Shown piece after piece: positions 1 to 6,843 of a stretch of 64,000 bases of DNA (the first letter of the stretch is position 1; each line of letters opens with the position of its first letter). The notes under the pieces were generated by a model, which saw only the letters and a program-made list of their open reading frames with translations, had not been told where the DNA came from and ran no database searches. Origin of the DNA: a virus. Both the position numbers and the translations under genes were made by a program. The DNA is taken from the IMG/VR virus record IMGVR_UViG_3300020157_000001, positions 1 to 64,000 of that record. One strand, 5' to 3'.

Positions 1-1
1 G

Positions 2-172
2 CTCAAGTCCATGCCGGAGGGCATCACTACCGAGCAGGTAGCTGCTGCTGCTGCTCTAGCTACTGAGGCCACGATGCTTAGCATCGCCGCCGCCGCCGCC
101 GCACCTAGCACGGCAACGGCAACGGATACCGCCGAGGCATTCGCCACGGCATCGGTACTCGCCACGGTCTGA
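2..172 (+). CDS. Partial (5'-truncated) Ala/Thr-rich hypothetical protein
   Basis: Open frame from the window edge (LKSMPEGITTEQVAAAAALAT...VLATV) to TGA at 170-172; lies directly before the first palindromic element. Confidence 0.6.
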   Translation, partial: LKSMPEGITTEQVAAAAALATEATMLSIAAAAAAPSTATATDTAEAFATASVLATV

Positions 173-191
173 CCGTGGCAGGAGTTCGGCC

Positions 192-300
192 GAGCATGTC
201 AATAAAGTAACACTTTATTGACATGCTCAGTAGAGCTACTAGCGGCAACGCTAGTGGCTCTACTGAGCAACAACGCTCTAATATGCCATAAGGAGGCATA
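192..300. repeat. Double-hairpin cassette element, copy 1
   Basis: Perfect 17-bp arms 192-208/212-228 (GAGCATGTCAATAAAGT-AAC-ACTTTATTGACATGCTC). Overlapping hairpin 224-269 with GCAA loop and one G-T pair. Then CGCTCTAATA and TATGCC-ATAAGGA-GGCATA around the SD. Confidence 0.95.
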
Positions 301-645
301 GTGCATATATTCGCTACAACACAGGACGCCGCCATTGATGTCATCGGCATCATTGAGTGCCTCACGCAGGAGGCCATGCGAGCGTGCCAGACCACGTATC
401 GGGGCGAAGTGGCAGACCCCGATCTCGTCAAGGATCTGGCTGAGCGCATGGGGCGCTGGGCATTGATGTTGGCAGAGTACGCCGACGACATGCCGCACAC
501 GGATGAGCAACGTCTCATGCAGCGGCTCAAGCTTGAGCACAACAGAGGTGCTCACGGCTTGGGTTCGGATAGCTACTGGTTTGAGTCCGGTTGCCCTGAG
601 TGCCAGAACGTCAAGCAGTTCGACATTCTCCTCGCTTCGGAGTAG
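301..645 (+). CDS. Hypothetical protein with C-terminal HxxxxH...CxxC motif
   Basis: AGGAGG RBS, GTG start; C-terminal HNRGAHG...YWFESGCPECQN motif is shared with 1134..1472. Confidence 0.75.
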   Translation: MHIFATTQDAAIDVIGIIECLTQEAMRACQTTYRGEVADPDLVKDLAERMGRWALMLAEYADDMPHTDEQRLMQRLKLEHNRGAHGLGSDSYWFESGCPECQNVKQFDILLASE

Positions 646-671
646 TCCAAGCGTGGGCGGAGTTTCCGCCG

Positions 672-790
672 CTGAGCATGTCAATAAAGTATTACTTTAT
701 TGACATGCTCAGTAGAGCCACCAATAAAGTAACACTTTATTGGTGGCTCTACTGAGCATTCCGCTCTAATATGCTTAGGAGGCATACGTC
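672..790. repeat. Double-hairpin cassette element, copy 2 (variant)
   Basis: 19-bp arms 672-690/694-712 (spacer ATT); perfect 26-bp arms 705-730/734-759 (spacer AAC); SD hairpin 770-786. Confidence 0.95.
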
Positions 791-1003
791 ATGGGTTACC
801 GATCAACATGGCAAGAGGACGAGGCCGCTCGTCTGGCAGAAGCGGCAGACGTAGCCAGAGGCATCTGGCTCAATGGCTTCCCCATCGGGGACTGCCAGAC
901 CACCTCTGGCGAGGTGGAGTACCCCCACGGTCGTGGGGGCAGGGGGTACAGGGTGGTAAACACCACTCACTCCGCCCACGAATGCCGTCGGCAAGGACGG
1001 TAG
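791..1003 (+). CDS. Hypothetical protein (70 aa)
   Basis: AGGAGG RBS and ATG immediately after element copy 2; ends just before copy 3. Confidence 0.7.
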   Translation: MGYRSTWQEDEAARLAEAADVARGIWLNGFPIGDCQTTSGEVEYPHGRGGRGYRVVNTTHSAHECRRQGR

Positions 1004-1019
1004 GCGGAGTTTGCGGTAC

Positions 1020-1133
1020 CTGAGCATGTCAATAAAGTAACACTTTATTGACATGCTCAGTAGAGCTACTAGCGGCAACGCTAGTGGCTCTACTGAGCAT
1101 CAACGCTCTAATAATGCCATAAGGAGGCATATC
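1020..1133. repeat. Double-hairpin cassette element, copy 3
   Basis: 19-bp arms 1020-1038/1042-1060; hairpin 1053-1100 with GCAA loop; near-identical to copy 1. Confidence 0.95.
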
Positions 1134-1472
1134 ATGAACACCACCACCCAATCGCCACGCTGCAACGACACACCGGCGGTCGTGGAGGCCGCTCGTCGAG
1201 CAGTACGAGAGTGCCTCGCCGCCCGTGAACTCCGCAATCACTCCGACCGCCTTGCCCACGCCCACAACGAGGGGCTGCACGGCAACGACCCATCCGGCTA
1301 CTGGTCGGAGTCGGCGGCGGAGTTTGGCTGCTACCTCTGTCAGAATGCCAAGGAGGCCAAGTACATCGCTGACACCGCAGCGTGCAGCGCCAAGTACGCC
1401 GCCACCATCAAGGCCGCACGGCTGGAGTACAACGACGCTCTGCGTGCGCTGGGCTACGAGGCACTCTACTGA
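1134..1472 (+). CDS. Hypothetical protein with HxxxxH...CxxC motif (related to 301..645)
   Basis: AAGGAGG RBS, ATG at 1134; HNEGLHG...YWSES...GCYLCQN. Confidence 0.75.
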   Translation: MNTTTQSPRCNDTPAVVEAARRAVRECLAARELRNHSDRLAHAHNEGLHGNDPSGYWSESAAEFGCYLCQNAKEAKYIADTAACSAKYAATIKAARLEYNDALRALGYEALY

Positions 1473-1513
1473 TGGTGTGAATCCACGCCAGCCACCTTGG
1501 AGAAGCTGAGCCA

Positions 1514-1545
1514 TGCCCCTCTGTCCTGTAGACAGGACGGGGGCA
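1514..1545. terminator. GC-rich intergenic hairpin (possible terminator or processing site)
   Basis: TGCCCC-tc-TGTCCTGT-AG-ACAGGACG-GGGGCA; no U-tract. Confidence 0.35.
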
Positions 1546-1599
1546 AGGTCACGCCCGATAGGTGGCACCCATACCCATACAGATCATATGGGTTGGGGG

Positions 1600-1636
1600 C
1601 GACATGCCAATAAAGTAACACTTTATTGGCATGTCG
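1600..1636. promoter_or_regulatory. Single long palindrome carrying the early-gene core motif
   Basis: CGACATGCCAATAAAGT-AAC-ACTTTATTGGCATGTCG, perfect 17-bp arms with compensatory changes relative to copies 1-3. Confidence 0.9.
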
Positions 1637-1669
1637 TTCTCAACAACATACAACGCCTGAGGAGGCAAC

Positions 1670-1981
1670 ATGGAATACACAACGCACAAACTGGAGGCGT
1701 GCTCGGATTGCTACTACGCAACCGAGTACGGCACCGATGCCATTGACGACCTCACCCCTGAGCGTAAGGCTCGCATTGATGCGGGATTCGCCAAGTGGAA
1801 TGCCGATAGTGACGAGCCGGTGCTCGTTACTGGCGGAGACGAGCACGGATTCGTGTGGGCATCATGTGAAATCTGCGGAGACTTCGCAGGTATCGAGGCG
1901 TATGAGGTCATCGCAATGTACCCCAATAAAGTAACACTTTATCCAACAACAACAACAATGCCTGAGGAGGCATCACAATGA
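1670..1981 (+). CDS. Hypothetical protein with two CxxC motifs (putative Zn-binding)
   Basis: GGAGG RBS; CSDC and CEIC; ATGA overlap with the next gene. Confidence 0.75.
   Translation: MEYTTHKLEACSDCYYATEYGTDAIDDLTPERKARIDAGFAKWNADSDEPVLVTGGDEHGFVWASCEICGDFAGIEAYEVIAMYPNKVTLYPTTTTMPEEASQ
1926..1942. promoter_or_regulatory. 17-bp palindromic operator-like site
   Basis: ATAAAGTA-A-CACTTTAT followed by a CAA tract and RBS. Confidence 0.8.
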
Positions 1982-2589
1982 GAATCAATAGCTATGTCGA
2001 AGCGGTAAGCGCCCTCAAAAAGGGGCGACCGAATCAAGCCAGCCGCAAGGTTGGAAACAACACCTACCTTGAGGAGGACATCATCAGCGAGTGCATCCAT
2101 CTGCGATTGCACCGCACTCGCATCATCACTTGGTGGGCAGACGGCCATATCACCGTGCAAGGTGAGAACTGGCAGACGAACACGACCCGTGACAGGCTCA
2201 ACAGCTTCTTGCCGGTGGGCTTCTACATCAGCACACGGTTGGTGACTACATGGAAGGACAGTCAGTACAACTGGTATTCCAACCCGAGCGTCGGCCGTTA
2301 CGACCGCCGTGAGTGGATTGTCTGCAAGGTGGGCAGCGATGAGTTCGTCAGGCATTACGACCGCATGGACTTGTCCTTGTGGGACGACCTCGTTGCAGAG
2401 CAGCAGGCCACGGACGCAAGGCGGTTGCGTGCCAACGAAGTACAGCGCCCCCTTGTCATTGCTGCACGACGTGCCGCTCGTCAGGGTGAGAAGGCAGAGG
2501 CAGAGTTTGCCGAAGCGGCGCTGGATGCCATGTTCGCTGCCGATGAAGCAGCAGCCGCCGCCCGTCGTAGTGAGTGGGTATCGCAATGA
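1978..2589 (+). CDS. Phage hypothetical protein
   Basis: GAGGAGG RBS; segment LHRTRII...WQTNTTRDRLN resembles a recurrent phage early-gene family; coupled on both sides. Confidence 0.75.
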   Translation: MRINSYVEAVSALKKGRPNQASRKVGNNTYLEEDIISECIHLRLHRTRIITWWADGHITVQGENWQTNTTRDRLNSFLPVGFYISTRLVTTWKDSQYNWYSNPSVGRYDRREWIVCKVGSDEFVRHYDRMDLSLWDDLVAEQQATDARRLRANEVQRPLVIAARRAARQGEKAEAEFAEAALDAMFAADEAAAAARRSEWVSQ

Positions 2590-3011
2590 TACGCACAATC
2601 GACACCGACCTGCTCTGTAGCGTGCCGGATATCGCCGCAGACGCTGGCGTGACCTCTGCGGCCGTGAGCAACTGGCAGAGGCGCTACAGCGACTTCCCCA
2701 CGCCGGTCTACAGCAACGGCGAACGCCTCAAGGTGTGGTATTGGCCTGAGGTGACTGAGTGGTTACTGGCACGCAACGTCGATGAGGGTCGGGCTAGTAG
2801 CATGGCAGACGTTGACACCGACGTGCTGTGCGGGATACTTGACATCGCATCATTGGCAGGCGTAAATGTGAACTGCGTGTCGAACTGGGGTAAGCGTCAT
2901 GCTGACTTTCCTAGAGCGTTGACGTGCAGAGGGCGCATCGGGGGGACGTTGGTCAAGTTGTGGTACTGGTCAGAGGTATCATCGTGGCTCTATCAGAACG
3001 GGAAGATATGA
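2586..3011 (+). CDS. Tandem winged-HTH (AlpA/excisionase/MerR-like) DNA-binding protein
   Basis: Two internal copies of DTDxLC...DIAxxAGV...VSNWxxRxxDFP...KxWYWxEVxxWL. Confidence 0.8.
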   Translation: MIRTIDTDLLCSVPDIAADAGVTSAAVSNWQRRYSDFPTPVYSNGERLKVWYWPEVTEWLLARNVDEGRASSMADVDTDVLCGILDIASLAGVNVNCVSNWGKRHADFPRALTCRGRIGGTLVKLWYWSEVSSWLYQNGKI

Positions 3012-3118
3012 GAGACCCCGACCTTGACTGGATTGAGTGGGTCGAGTACCGTGACGATCTCGACCCTTACAACGATCAAGTAATACTTTATTCATCAACA
3101 AAGGAGGAAGTGCAATGA
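3008..3118 (+). CDS. Small acidic hypothetical protein (36 aa)
   Basis: ATGA overlaps at both ends. Confidence 0.5.
   Translation: MRDPDLDWIEWVEYRDDLDPYNDQVILYSSTKEEVQ
3075..3091. promoter_or_regulatory. 17-bp palindromic operator-like site
   Basis: ATCAAGTA-A-TACTTTAT upstream of an AAGGAGG RBS. Confidence 0.8.
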
Positions 3119-3375
3119 AGTGGAACCGCTACATCGAACAGTCCGGCTGGCTTCGTCGGCTCACCAACAACGGGGCGTTTGCGTACGACGAGCCAACCGT
3201 AACCATTCCACTATCGTGGTTGGGGCTGGAGGAGCATGAAGGCAATCCCTTCATGGTGAACCCTGCGCTGATCGCTGCGGATTACGTCGCCATGCAGAGT
3301 ATCAAGGAGACAATCGGTTCGGTGCATACCGAACAGCTCCGATGCTCACTAGCAATGAAAAGGGCATCAGAATGA
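3115..3375 (+). CDS. Hypothetical protein
   Basis: AAGGAGG RBS, translationally coupled. Confidence 0.7.
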   Translation: MKWNRYIEQSGWLRRLTNNGAFAYDEPTVTIPLSWLGLEEHEGNPFMVNPALIAADYVAMQSIKETIGSVHTEQLRCSLAMKRASE

Positions 3376-3668
3376 GTACACCAGCGCCATATAGAAGGTA
3401 TGAGCAGGGGTACTGCTCGTCGTGCGAAGAGTGGCTCCCTCATTGGGATATCACTTACGCAGATTGGACGGAGGACTACCCCCGTGGGACGTACCTCTGC
3501 AAGGAGCACTATGAGGAGCAGTTTCCTCACGAAGTGTGCATCGTGTGCCGTACTAAGCACGATGCCCGTGAGATGACCCCGATGGGGTTCTGGGACGATG
3601 AAGAACTGTTCTTCTGCGCCCCCTGTATCACAACATACCCAACGCCTGACAAGGAGGCATCACAATGA
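3372..3668 (+). CDS. Cys-rich double Zn-finger-like protein
   Basis: CSSC, CKEH, CIVC and CAPC pairs; ATGA overlaps. Confidence 0.7.
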   Translation: MSTPAPYRRYEQGYCSSCEEWLPHWDITYADWTEDYPRGTYLCKEHYEEQFPHEVCIVCRTKHDAREMTPMGFWDDEELFFCAPCITTYPTPDKEASQ

Positions 3669-3952
3669 CCAATGAGCAGCAGACCGCACACAATGAGTGT
3701 GACAGCGTATACAAGGTGTGGCGTGAGGCAAGCGATGAGCTGGCGGCCGCACAGTCCAGCTTCATATCAATGCGTAGCCTCATCATCAATCTCAACAGAG
3801 AGGGCGAGTGGGAGATAGCAGACGAACTGCTTGGCGCTTGCCGAATCCTCAAGGAGAAGCGTGATGAACTGCGCTTCTTCCATGACAACGTGGCACAGCC
3901 AGCAATGTCGGCATCGTTGCAGGAGTTTTCGGCGCTGGGCGGCTCACGATGA
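3665..3952 (+). CDS. Hypothetical helical protein
   Basis: AAGGAGG RBS, coupled. Confidence 0.7.
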   Translation: MTNEQQTAHNECDSVYKVWREASDELAAAQSSFISMRSLIINLNREGEWEIADELLGACRILKEKRDELRFFHDNVAQPAMSASLQEFSALGGSR

Positions 3953-4089
3953 ACCCTCTCGCAACATATACCGTCTGCATGGTGGTGTACGTCATTGTTA
4001 TGGCGGCGCTATGGGCAGAACCCAAGATCAAGAACCAATCAAGTAATACTTTATCCAACAACAACAACAAGGAGCAATACCGTGCGTAA
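3949..4089 (+). CDS. Small putative membrane protein (46 aa)
   Basis: ATGA overlap; MNPLATYTVCMVVYVIVMAALWA hydrophobic stretch; below the ORF-track cutoff. Confidence 0.45.
   Translation: MNPLATYTVCMVVYVIVMAALWAEPKIKNQSSNTLSNNNNKEQYRA
4038..4054. promoter_or_regulatory. 17-bp palindromic operator-like site
   Basis: ATCAAGTA-A-TACTTTAT followed by a CAA tract and AAGGAG. Confidence 0.8.
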
Positions 4090-4333
4090 TCCATTCAGAA
4101 AGAAGAAGCAGACAGTCGCCCTAGTGTTCCCTAGTCAGCTATGGGTAGCTGAGGACGGCTCATATGGTACGGGAGGCATCATGCTCCTACATGGTCTGAG
4201 CGCTCTCAAAGAGCATGAACAAGATGCTCTGCTGCAACTCATCTCAGAGACACAGGACAACGACCGCTACAACATGACCCAAGCAACTCTTGAGTACTGG
4301 GGCTACGACTACGCAGAGTTGGTGCGGGAATGA
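4082..4333 (+). CDS. Hypothetical protein
   Basis: AAGGAG RBS, GTG start at 4082. Confidence 0.7.
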   Translation: MRNPFRKKKQTVALVFPSQLWVAEDGSYGTGGIMLLHGLSALKEHEQDALLQLISETQDNDRYNMTQATLEYWGYDYAELVRE

Positions 4334-4464
4334 GCATCCTCATCGGCACAGTACAGAACCTGCTCACAGCAGCACACCAACACGCCGCCCCACTCATCAC
4401 CATCATCGGGGTGTTCTTGGTGTGCAGGGCAATCGCCAAGCAATACGACCGGAGGTCACAATAA
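4330..4464 (+). CDS. Small putative membrane protein (44 aa)
   Basis: ATGA and TAATG overlaps; hydrophobic segment PLITIIGVFLVCRAIA. Confidence 0.5.
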   Translation: MSILIGTVQNLLTAAHQHAAPLITIIGVFLVCRAIAKQYDRRSQ

Positions 4465-4688
4465 TGCATATCAAACTCAACGGCGACTGCTACCCCATCT
4501 TCATTGATGAGGAAGCGTGCGATGTTGTAGACCAACTCATCTTCGCAGCAGATGAGGCTGGCTACACGCCCCCAAATGACCAGCCAGTAGGAGAGTGGGC
4601 AGAGGATGCCGCACTCGTAATACTCGCCCGATATACCGCCATACCATCAAGTAATACTTTATTCGACCCAAAAGGAGCAACACAATGA
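4464..4688 (+). CDS. Hypothetical protein
   Basis: GGAGG RBS, ATG at 4464. Confidence 0.65.
   Translation: MHIKLNGDCYPIFIDEEACDVVDQLIFAADEAGYTPPNDQPVGEWAEDAALVILARYTAIPSSNTLFDPKGATQ
4646..4662. promoter_or_regulatory. 17-bp palindromic operator-like site
   Basis: ATCAAGTA-A-TACTTTAT upstream of AAGGAG. Confidence 0.8.
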
Positions 4689-5086
4689 CCATCGACTACG
4701 ACGCAATGGACAGCTACGGCAGAACCCTGCTGCGAGAAGTGGCAAACTCCGCCCGTGACTACGACAAGTGCCAAGCTGAAGCTGCTGAGTTCCAAGCAGA
4801 GCAGGATGCACTCATCATCAAGCGTGACTTGATGGTGCAGAAGCACGCTGCGGCTGACCTGCGGCTGAAGTACGCCTTTGATGCGTACAACCAGCACCTT
4901 TCCGCGATGAAGTACGCCTTTGATGCGTACAACCAGCACCTTTCCGCATGGAAGCAGGCCGACTATCTTGGTCACGACTACACCGACTGCGACCATTGCG
5001 CCAACTGTGGCGCTGAGCAGTACGAGGGCGACGACTACTACGGGGGCTGCGCCACAGGACACAATGCCAAGGAGGCAACACAATGA
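4685..5086 (+). CDS. Coiled-coil protein with Cys-rich C-terminus
   Basis: AAGGAG RBS; internal 14-aa duplication; HDY...CDHCANC...C. Confidence 0.7.
   Translation: MTIDYDAMDSYGRTLLREVANSARDYDKCQAEAAEFQAEQDALIIKRDLMVQKHAAADLRLKYAFDAYNQHLSAMKYAFDAYNQHLSAWKQADYLGHDYTDCDHCANCGAEQYEGDDYYGGCATGHNAKEATQ
4866..4947 (+). repeat. Tandem direct repeat, 42-bp period (40 nt identical)
   Basis: TGAAGTACGCCTTTGATGCGTACAACCAGCACCTTTCCGC at 4866 and 4908. Confidence 0.95.
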
Positions 5087-5475
5087 GTACAACAACCACG
5101 CCAGCTATCTGGAAGCACTACCACAACATCTTCGTCACAGCAATGGAGGGGGGCATCAACTATTGGGCTGGTGTCAACAACTACCATTGGGCTGAGGACG
5201 GGGTCGATGACCTTGAGTGGTTCTCCGCTGAGGTGTTCGATGACCTCGCAGCCGAAATGGCTGACGAGGGCGAGAAGGTCAAGGTCTACACGGTCAACCG
5301 TGCCACCATCACCAAAGGGTGGCGCTTGGCAACCACCACATTCCGTGACACGATCAGTTGGTCGTGCGGCAAGCCCCCTGTCGTCTGGAACGAAGATTAC
5401 GACTGGGACATGGATGCCAGCGATGCCGACTGCATCGTGCAGCTTGGCCTCTTCGGAGATGTGGTGTACGGATGA
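5083..5475 (+). CDS. Acidic phage hypothetical protein
   Basis: AAGGAGG RBS; TAMEGGINYWA...DADCIVQLGLFGDVVYG resembles a recurrent phage family. Confidence 0.75.
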   Translation: MSTTTTPAIWKHYHNIFVTAMEGGINYWAGVNNYHWAEDGVDDLEWFSAEVFDDLAAEMADEGEKVKVYTVNRATITKGWRLATTTFRDTISWSCGKPPVVWNEDYDWDMDASDADCIVQLGLFGDVVYG

Positions 5476-5645
5476 CCCGTGAAGAAACACTCATGGATGC
5501 CTACAAATCCGCCTTCGCCGCCGCCTACACCGCCGCAGTTGATGCCGGTTTGATTGCCCACAACGCCTACGACGCTGCTTACGCCGCCGCCCACGCCGCC
5601 CTCAAAACCGAACTAGACAGAATCAACAAGGAGTACACGAAATGA
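5472..5645 (+). CDS. Ala-rich helical microprotein (ELDRINKE family)
   Basis: ATGA overlaps; 3' end shared with ORFs at 14127 and 14344. Confidence 0.65.
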   Translation: MTREETLMDAYKSAFAAAYTAAVDAGLIAHNAYDAAYAAAHAALKTELDRINKEYTK

Positions 5646-5839
5646 CCGATCAAGAGTTTGCAGCCAAGTGCCAAGCCGACTGGAAGCGCATTGAGGTACA
5701 ACTAGCCAATGGCGTGATGCTTGCGACAGATGTCCTCAAGATTCTCCAAGAGAGCTTGGATGAAGTAGACAACGCAGACCCAGCTCTTATTAGAGAGCTA
5801 AACCGCCATTTAGTCACTAAACAAGGAGAGCAAACATGA
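5642..5839 (+). CDS. Hypothetical protein
   Basis: AAGGAG RBS, coupled. Confidence 0.65.
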   Translation: MTDQEFAAKCQADWKRIEVQLANGVMLATDVLKILQESLDEVDNADPALIRELNRHLVTKQGEQT

Positions 5840-6036
5840 GCTACGTCATCGTAGACGCAATCAAAGGGGAAATCCAGTACTGGTCAAACAGTATTGGGTG
5901 GGTCAGCATCCATGATGCAGACGTATTCTCCGACGAAGAACAACGCACACTGAACCTTCCCTACGAAGGACACTGGCTAAAACTAGTAGGAGAACAGCAA
6001 AGTAATACTTTACTCAACAACAAGGAGAGCAAGTGA
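5836..6036 (+). CDS. Hypothetical protein
   Basis: AAGGAG RBS; YWSNSIGWV motif. Confidence 0.7.
   Translation: MSYVIVDAIKGEIQYWSNSIGWVSIHDADVFSDEEQRTLNLPYEGHWLKLVGEQQSNTLLNNKESK
5997..6013. promoter_or_regulatory. 17-bp palindromic operator-like site
   Basis: GCAAAGTA-A-TACTTTAC followed by CAACAACAAGGAG. Confidence 0.75.
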
Positions 6037-6380
6037 ACATCAACGACCAACCAATCATCGTGACCAACCTCACAGAAGAGGAGGCCAGCAGCGTATACCA
6101 CTACTTCCACCGCAAGTTCGGGTGGGGAGGCTACCACTTCGACTCAAGCGACATTGCGTCAGCGTGGGAATATCAGCAAGAGGTATACAACAACGGCCTA
6201 GTTGCTGGCGGTGAAGCCCCCATTCGGGACATCACCGAAGAAGACATCGACAACATGCTCATCACTCGCGACTGGGTCAAATACCTGCCCGACGCACTTG
6301 GGTTAGAGGGAGGCCAGTTGGTGCAAGAAATGGTAGAGGGATACATCAACGAGATCACAAAGAAAGAGGCACAGCAATGA
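6033..6380 (+). CDS. Acidic hypothetical protein
   Basis: AAGGAG RBS, GTGA overlap. Confidence 0.7.
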   Translation: MNINDQPIIVTNLTEEEASSVYHYFHRKFGWGGYHFDSSDIASAWEYQQEVYNNGLVAGGEAPIRDITEEDIDNMLITRDWVKYLPDALGLEGGQLVQEMVEGYINEITKKEAQQ

Positions 6381-6619
6381 TTCATCACATCGAAGTAGTC
6401 ACGGTGGTACACCACAAGTACATCATGACGGTGGATACCGATCAGCCACTCTGCACCGTGGAGGAGATCATCAGGGGCATCAATCCACGCAATCTTCACC
6501 ACTCATACGAAATCGCCAGAGCCATTGATAATGTCGTCAGCGGTGACGGCGATCAGACGCGTGGCAAAGAATACGAAACCGAAGTCGAAGGCATCTACAT
6601 CCAAGGAGACAAGCAATGA
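6377..6619 (+). CDS. Hypothetical protein
   Basis: GAGG RBS, coupled. Confidence 0.65.
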   Translation: MIHHIEVVTVVHHKYIMTVDTDQPLCTVEEIIRGINPRNLHHSYEIARAIDNVVSGDGDQTRGKEYETEVEGIYIQGDKQ

Positions 6620-6843
6620 GAGAAGTTAGATCGACAAACAGAAAGGCAATCATGCCCCACCAATTCATGCAACTCATCGACGACTTCATGGACGAGATGC
6701 TTGAGAACTACCCACTCTCAACACTCGGCCAAGACTACGACGGGCAGCTCGTTATCTATACAGGCTTGCTTCTTGACCCAACCGACGCCGACAAGGTCAT
6801 CCCCTTCGATGAAGAGGATGACTTTCCAGAGGGGGAATCATGA
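6616..6843 (+). CDS. Acidic hypothetical protein
   Basis: AAGGAG RBS; DGQLVIYTGL motif. Confidence 0.7.
   Translation: MREVRSTNRKAIMPHQFMQLIDDFMDEMLENYPLSTLGQDYDGQLVIYTGLLLDPTDADKVIPFDEEDDFPEGES

Noticed and set aside
218-246. Canonical sigma70 promoter from TTGACA inside the element
   Set aside because: No TANNNT at 16-18 bp downstream on the + strand in copies 1 and 3; copy 2 gives TAAAGT only at 19 bp.
672-759. Protelomerase telRL site or linear genome end
   Set aside because: There are multiple internal copies with odd-length spacers, and no protelomerase is seen.
192-1133. Integron attC sites
   Set aside because: No RYYYAAC...GTTRRRY boxes, no extrahelical bases (the stems are perfect), and no tyrosine integrase in the window. 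The cassette idea is kept only as a hypothesis.
105-1568. Minus-strand and element-spanning ORFs ending in HVNKVLLY or containing MSIKCYFIDML
   Set aside because: These are translations of the palindromic repeat and antisense shadows of real genes, without RBS support.
192-1636. CRISPR array (palindromic repeats, Cas4-like gene elsewhere)
   Set aside because: The intervals are hundreds of bp and each holds an ORF with an RBS; there is no cas1/cas2; the Cas4-like gene is a standalone phage exonuclease 27 kb away.
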